Below the pieces are notes generated by a model that saw only the letters and a program-made list of their open reading frames with translations, searched no databases and had not been told where the DNA came from. The position numbers and the translations under genes were made by a program. From the NCBI GenBank assembly GCA_050250375.1, contig JBFWOS010000001.1, positions 219,346 to 283,345 of the forward strand: a stretch of 64,000 nt of DNA. Reading direction: 5' to 3'. Positions 59,251 to 64,000 of this stretch are shown one piece after another; the first letter of the stretch is position 1, and each line of letters opens with the position of its first letter. Source of the stretch: Candidatus Omnitrophota bacterium. GTDB taxonomy: Bacteria > Omnitrophota > Gorgyraeia > Zapsychrales > Zapsychraceae.

Positions 59251-62200
59251 TCAATCCGCGCGGACGTCCCAGCTGCCGCCGATTGCCTTGATCAGCTGGA
59301 CCGCTGAGATCAGCCGCTGGGCCACGATCTGTGTGGCCTGCAGTTCCGCATCCAAACGGGAACGTTCGGCATCGATGACTTCAAGAAATGTGACTAATCC
59401 TTCTTTATACCGGGAAATGGAAAGCTCCGCTGTTTGCCGGGAAGACTTAAGGACCTCCTGCTGCGCGACGGCCTGTTCTTTTCTTAACTTTAAATTGCTT
59501 AACGACGTCTCGACCTCTTCAACCGCTTTTAAGACAATCTGTCTGTACTCTTCGACCGTGCGGGTGAAATCAGCCCGGTTCGCCTCCAGGTTGGCCTGGC
59601 CGCGGCCGCCGGTAAGAACCGGGATCGTCACGCTCGGCCCGAAGGACCAGTAATGGCTTTCCCAATCAAACAGATTCCCGAACTCAACGCTCTTAAGCCC
59701 GCCATTGGCGGACAATGTCAGGCGTGGAAAAAAGGCCGCCTCAGCCACGCCGATCCGGGCATTCGCCGCCGCCACAAGCCTCTCAGCCCGCGCGATATCG
59801 GGCCGGCGCTCAAGGAGTTCAGAAGGCAGGATGATCGGGACCCGCGGAACGTCCGTGTTCAGCGCCTCGGGTTCAATCAGAAACTCAGACGGCTGCTGTC
59901 CGCACAAGACAGCCAAAGCATTCTCCAGTTCTTTACGCCGGCGCAGGACATCAATCCTTTCCGCCTTGACCTTGGCCAATTCGGTTTTGGCCCGGTTAAA
60001 GTCCAGTTCACTGGTGACTCCGCCCTGCATCCGTTCATTGACCACGTCAACGGCATACTGCCGCAGTTTGATGGTTTCATCAATGATCTCAACTTCCTTA
60101 TCCAGCTCACGCAATGAAAAATAGTTGATCGCGATATCGGCGCTGAGGATGAGACGGACCGAATGGTACTCGGCAATGCTGGCTTCGGCCTCGGCATGCC
60201 CGGCTTCAAACCCCCGCTTCACCCGTCCCCATAAATCGACTTCATAACTTAAATCCAGCGGCAGCGTATACTGCCTGGACACAAAACTTCCGGAACTGGC
60301 GGAAGATGAATTAAAACTGTTTTTGGTTGAACGTGAACGTTCAAATTCTGTTTCCGATTCCATCACCGGATAAAACTCCGCCCGGTCGATCCTGGCCAGC
60401 GCGCGCGCCTTTTCCACATTAGCCACGGCACTTTTGAGGTCGTGATTGAAATTCAGGGCCGCTTCCTGCAGATCGTTTAATTCCTCGTCCCGGAATACGG
60501 TCCACCAACGGCCGCGGTCCAGATGGTCCTTTGGTTCGGCAATCTTCCATTGGTCGTCTTCTTCAAGACTCCAGCCGTCCGGCATGGAGACCTCAGGACG
60601 TGAAAAATCCGTTCCGACAATCGTCTTGCAGCCAAAGGACGTCAACACCAGCAAGGCAACCACCGAAACCACGGCCTTTTCCGGAAGCGATTTGGCTGAT
60701 TCAATGGTCTTAGTTCGGTTACGGTTGATAAGAACGTACACGGCCGGAATGACAAAAAACGTCAGGAATGTTCCCAGTGTGATCCCTCCGACGGCAGCCA
60801 CACCCAAAGGCCGGCGGCTTTCCGCCCCGGCGCCGAACCCGATCGCGATCGGCAATATCCCGGCAATGGTCGAAAACGCCGTCATCAGGATCGGACGAAA
60901 ACGCATCTTGCCCGCACCCATCATGGCCCGGACCGCGCCCTTCCCTTTTCGCATTTCCTGGTTCGCAAAATCGACCAGAAGAATCCCGTTTTTGGTCACA
61001 ATCCCGACCAGCAGGATAATCCCGATCTGGCTGAACAGGTTGATCCCCATCGCCGGAATGCGCGGCCAGGATTTCAAAAAGCTGTCCGGCCCCGCCGCGA
61101 TGATCATCTGGTCCAAATAATTCAATCCCCACAAACTGGCCAGCGCCCCGAAAAAGGACAACGGCAGGGTGAATAAAATGACAAACGGGTCGGACAGACT
61201 TTCAAACTGGGACGCGAGCACCATGTAAATAATCAGGATGGCCAGCAGAAGGATAAAAAGCATTTCGTTGCCTGTTTCGCGCAGGTCGGATGCTTCACCG
61301 GCCCATTCATAACGAAGTCCTTTTTCATCCAGCTGTTTTAACAGGACTTCGGTTTTCTCAAGGGCTGTCCCCAGAGGAATATTCATCGGGGTCGCTTCAA
61401 TGGTCGCGGACCGCAGACGGTTAAAATGGTTGATTGAACTGGGGCCGCCTCCTGTTTCATATTCAATTAAGTTAATCAACTGGATCAACTGCCCGTCCCG
61501 GTTGTTAATGTACAATTTATCAAGATCCGACGGAGACAATCTGGATTCCCGTTCAAGCTGGACAATGACGTCGTATTCTTTCCCTTCCAGGTTGACCTTT
61601 GAAAGGTCCAGCCCGCCGAATAAAATCTGCAGGACCTTGGAGATATCCTGGATCGAAACGCCCAGGACAGCGGCGCGGTTACGGTTAATCCGGATGCGTA
61701 ATTCCGGTTTATTCAATTCAAATGTTGAGCGGACATTGATCAGGAAACCTTCCTGCCGGAGTTTTTGGCTGAATTCCTCGGCGATGCGGTTCAATTCATT
61801 CAAATCCTGATGCTGCAGGACCAGCTGAAACGGCTGTGAAAATCCGCGGCCGATCGCCTTGGGGATGATCGGGATGACCAGGGCCCCTTCGATATTCATG
61901 AAAAACTGCCCGCTTAACCCTTGCGGCCCGTTGACAATATCACGCACATGGCGTTCACGGTCGGCTTTTAAACGGATAAACGACAAACCCTGCGCCGCCT
62001 GACCGGGCCCGCCTCTGGCGAGCGCAACGGCGGAGAAAAACCCTTCGACTTCCGGTGTCGCGCTGATGATTTCTTCCATCTTGCGGACCATCCGGTTGGT
62101 GTATTCGCTCGTAGACCCCTGCGGGGCGATCGCGATACAGAACAATCGTCCTTTGTCTTCCTCCGGAAGAAATTCATTATCGAGATGTTTATAAAAATAA

Positions 62201-63822
62201 AATGTTCCGGCCATGGCCAGTAGACAGACGACCAGGACCAGATAACTGTATTTGAACACCCAGCGCAACGACTTCACATAACCCTTGCGGCGTCGGAGCA
62301 GCCAGTTCTCAAAATGGATCAGTATCCCCTTTTTCTTATTTTCGTCATGCGGTTTTAAAATCCGGGCACACATCATCGGGGTGAACGTCAGCGCCACAAA
62401 GGAGGAAATAATAACGCTGAAAGAAATGGCGATGGCAAATTCAATAAACAGACGCCCGGTATCGCTGGTCTGAAAGGCCATGGGCAAAAATACGGACACC
62501 AGGGCTACGGTGGTCGCGATGACGGCAAACCCGATTTCATTCATCCCCTGGTAGGCGGCCTTAAACGGCGGCATCCCGTCTTCGATATGCCGGTGGATAT
62601 TTTCAAGGACAATAATCGCGTCGTCAACAACGAGACCGATCGCCAGGACAAACGCCAGCATGGTCACCACATTGATCGAAAAACCGAAGAAATAAAGAAC
62701 ACCGAATGTGGAAATAATCGAAATGGGGATCGTCAGGCTAGGGATCAGCGTTGAACGGACATTATGGAGAAAAATAAAGATAACAAAAACAACCAGCGCA
62801 AACGCCAGCCCCAGCGTAATCCAGACTTCCTTGATTGACTCTTCAATAAAGATCGATTCATCATAAGGGATGTTGTAGGTGATGCCTTCGGGAATGAGCG
62901 GCTTGAGCCGTTCCAGTTCTTTCTTGATGCCGGTCGCGACATCAATAATATTCGCCTTGGATTGTTTGATAACCCCGATACCGACAGCCGGTTTCCCGTT
63001 ATACCTTGCCACTGACCGTTCGTCTTCCACGCCGATTTCGGCAAAACCGATGTCGCTCAGCCGGACCAGGTCATCCCCCTGCCGGGTAATGACAAGGTCA
63101 TTAAATTCTTCCGGTGTTTTCAGCTGTCCTTTGGTTTCGATGGACAATTCCCGCTGCCAGCTCTCCACCCGCCCGCTGGGTAATTCCACGCTCTGTTCGT
63201 TTAACGCGCGTTCAACATCCAGGACCGTCACCCGGTGAGCAGCCATTTTGTCCGAATTGAGACGGATACGGATGGCGAAACGTTTTGACCCTCCGAAGAT
63301 AACCGAACTGACCCCCGGCACGGTCTGCAGGCGGTCTTTAAATAAGTTTTCCGCGATCGTGGTCAGTTCCAGCGTTGAAAAACGTTCGCTGTACAACGCG
63401 ACCCAGATCGACGGGTTGGCGTCGGCATCCTGCTTGGAGACGATCGGCTCTTCGATATCATCCGGCAGTCGCCCGCGCACCCGGGAGATCCGGTCGCGCA
63501 CATCCTGCGCGGCGATGTCAACATCTTCCGACAAATCGAATTCAATCGTGATTGAACTGAGTTGTTCACGGCTTTCGCTGGTGATCTGTTTAATCCCTTC
63601 AACGCTGGTGAGGGCATCTTCCAACGGCTCGGTGATCTGGGTCTCCATGACCGCGGCGCTTGCCCCCGGATAAATGGTCTGCACGTTGATGATCGGCGGA
63701 TCAATGTCGGGAAGTTCGCGGACCGGCAGACGGAACACACCCACCACGCCGAACAGAACTAACAACAGGCTCATCATGGACGCCAGAACCGGGCGCTGAA
63801 TACTGATTTCAGATAATTTCAT
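59251..63822 (-). CDS. RND efflux pump (AcrB-like) in one continuous frame with a NodT-type outer-membrane factor lipoprotein
   Basis: The N-terminus MKLSEISIQRPVLASMM is an RND start, and an ATG at 63822 overlaps the MFP stop. The RND body of about 1040 aa ends at ...VYVLINRNR. The same frame continues through LLVLTSFGC, a lipobox, into OMF repeats. No in-frame stop was found. Confidence 0.65.
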   Translation of the reverse strand: MKLSEISIQRPVLASMMSLLLVLFGVVGVFRLPVRELPDIDPPIINVQTIYPGASAAVMETQITEPLEDALTSVEGIKQITSESREQLSSITIEFDLSEDVDIAAQDVRDRISRVRGRLPDDIEEPIVSKQDADANPSIWVALYSERFSTLELTTIAENLFKDRLQTVPGVSSVIFGGSKRFAIRIRLNSDKMAAHRVTVLDVERALNEQSVELPSGRVESWQRELSIETKGQLKTPEEFNDLVITRQGDDLVRLSDIGFAEIGVEDERSVARYNGKPAVGIGVIKQSKANIIDVATGIKKELERLKPLIPEGITYNIPYDESIFIEESIKEVWITLGLAFALVVFVIFIFLHNVRSTLIPSLTIPISIISTFGVLYFFGFSINVVTMLAFVLAIGLVVDDAIIVLENIHRHIEDGMPPFKAAYQGMNEIGFAVIATTVALVSVFLPMAFQTSDTGRLFIEFAIAISFSVIISSFVALTFTPMMCARILKPHDENKKKGILIHFENWLLRRRKGYVKSLRWVFKYSYLVLVVCLLAMAGTFYFYKHLDNEFLPEEDKGRLFCIAIAPQGSTSEYTNRMVRKMEEIISATPEVEGFFSAVALARGGPGQAAQGLSFIRLKADRERHVRDIVNGPQGLSGQFFMNIEGALVIPIIPKAIGRGFSQPFQLVLQHQDLNELNRIAEEFSQKLRQEGFLINVRSTFELNKPELRIRINRNRAAVLGVSIQDISKVLQILFGGLDLSKVNLEGKEYDVIVQLERESRLSPSDLDKLYINNRDGQLIQLINLIEYETGGGPSSINHFNRLRSATIEATPMNIPLGTALEKTEVLLKQLDEKGLRYEWAGEASDLRETGNEMLFILLLAILIIYMVLASQFESLSDPFVILFTLPLSFFGALASLWGLNYLDQMIIAAGPDSFLKSWPRIPAMGINLFSQIGIILLVGIVTKNGILLVDFANQEMRKGKGAVRAMMGAGKMRFRPILMTAFSTIAGILPIAIGFGAGAESRRPLGVAAVGGITLGTFLTFFVIPAVYVLINRNRTKTIESAKSLPEKAVVSVVALLVLTSFGCKTIVGTDFSRPEVSMPDGWSLEEDDQWKIAEPKDHLDRGRWWTVFRDEELNDLQEAALNFNHDLKSAVANVEKARALARIDRAEFYPVMESETEFERSRSTKNSFNSSSASSGSFVSRQYTLPLDLSYEVDLWGRVKRGFEAGHAEAEASIAEYHSVRLILSADIAINYFSLRELDKEVEIIDETIKLRQYAVDVVNERMQGGVTSELDFNRAKTELAKVKAERIDVLRRRKELENALAVLCGQQPSEFLIEPEALNTDVPRVPIILPSELLERRPDIARAERLVAAANARIGVAEAAFFPRLTLSANGGLKSVEFGNLFDWESHYWSFGPSVTIPVLTGGRGQANLEANRADFTRTVEEYRQIVLKAVEEVETSLSNLKLRKEQAVAQQEVLKSSRQTAELSISRYKEGLVTFLEVIDAERSRLDAELQATQIVAQRLISAVQLIKAIGGSWDVRAD

Positions 63823-64000
63823 AGAATTTTCTTTCTGACGGGTCTTCGAACCGGACCGTGACTTTTGATCCCGGGCCGATTTTCTGGTAACCTTCAATGA
63901 CGATCACTTCGTCTTCTTTGACCCCGGAGATAATTTCAACCATGCCGTCAAACCGTTTCCCGGTCGTGATCCCGCGCAGTTCAACAGCGTCTTCATTCCC
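63809..64000 (-). CDS. RND membrane-fusion (periplasmic adaptor) protein, 3' portion; the gene continues beyond the window
   Basis: The C-terminus translates to ...DAVELRGITTGKRFDGMVEIISGVKEDEVIVIEGYQKIGPGSKVTVRFEDPSERKFYEII*. The stop overlaps the RND start, ATGAAATTATCTGA. Confidence 0.6.
   Translation of the reverse strand, partial: GNEDAVELRGITTGKRFDGMVEIISGVKEDEVIVIEGYQKIGPGSKVTVRFEDPSERKFYEII

Noticed and set aside
63823-63897. The N-terminal extension MKVTRKSARDQKSRSGSKTRQKENS on the RND ORF in the track
   Set aside because: It overlaps the 3' end of the upstream MFP gene in another frame. The genuine RND start is MKLSEISIQRPV at 63822, which has the classic ATGA-type stop/start overlap.

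Overview
This 64-kb window is a bacterial chromosomal segment with mixed gene orientation. One backbone carries moderately GC-rich genes for the cell envelope and housekeeping functions. These include lpxD, an LpxL-like acyltransferase, infA, rpoZ, sodC, a fatty-acid desaturase, an NDH-2, crcB, a CDF transporter, cspA, a ClC channel, a NhaP antiporter, an ABC-2 exporter, a GT2/epimerase/membrane-protein cluster, and an MFP-RND-OMF efflux locus at the right edge. Accessory, AT-richer patches are interleaved with this backbone. The largest, about 28.7-34.8 kb, is an island encoding a SIR2_2-family protein that is translationally coupled to a 1087-aa uncharacterised protein. A palm/cyclase-like protein sits just upstream and small membrane and lipoproteins sit downstream. 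This island is the best candidate for a novel defence-type system. A tRNA-Asn(GUU) gene on the minus strand is split in the anticodon loop by an intervening sequence of about 630 bp that carries an HNH endonuclease ORF, which looks like a group-I-type intron. An 18-bp copy of the tRNA 3' end lies 5.6 kb away and suggests an att-flanked islet. There is a cluster of three ORF6N-domain paralogues, one of them truncated. Several dispersed repeat families are present: a REP-like 21-bp palindrome, a 70-bp terminator-containing repeat, 230-bp direct repeats flanking a lipoprotein gene, and a conserved promoter-like motif upstream of accessory genes. Two unannotated 48-aa zinc-ribbon paralogues flank infA. 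A Pro-triplet/Gly-X-Y repeat gene at the left edge has an ambiguous coding strand. All calls are from visual motif recognition only; no searches were run.
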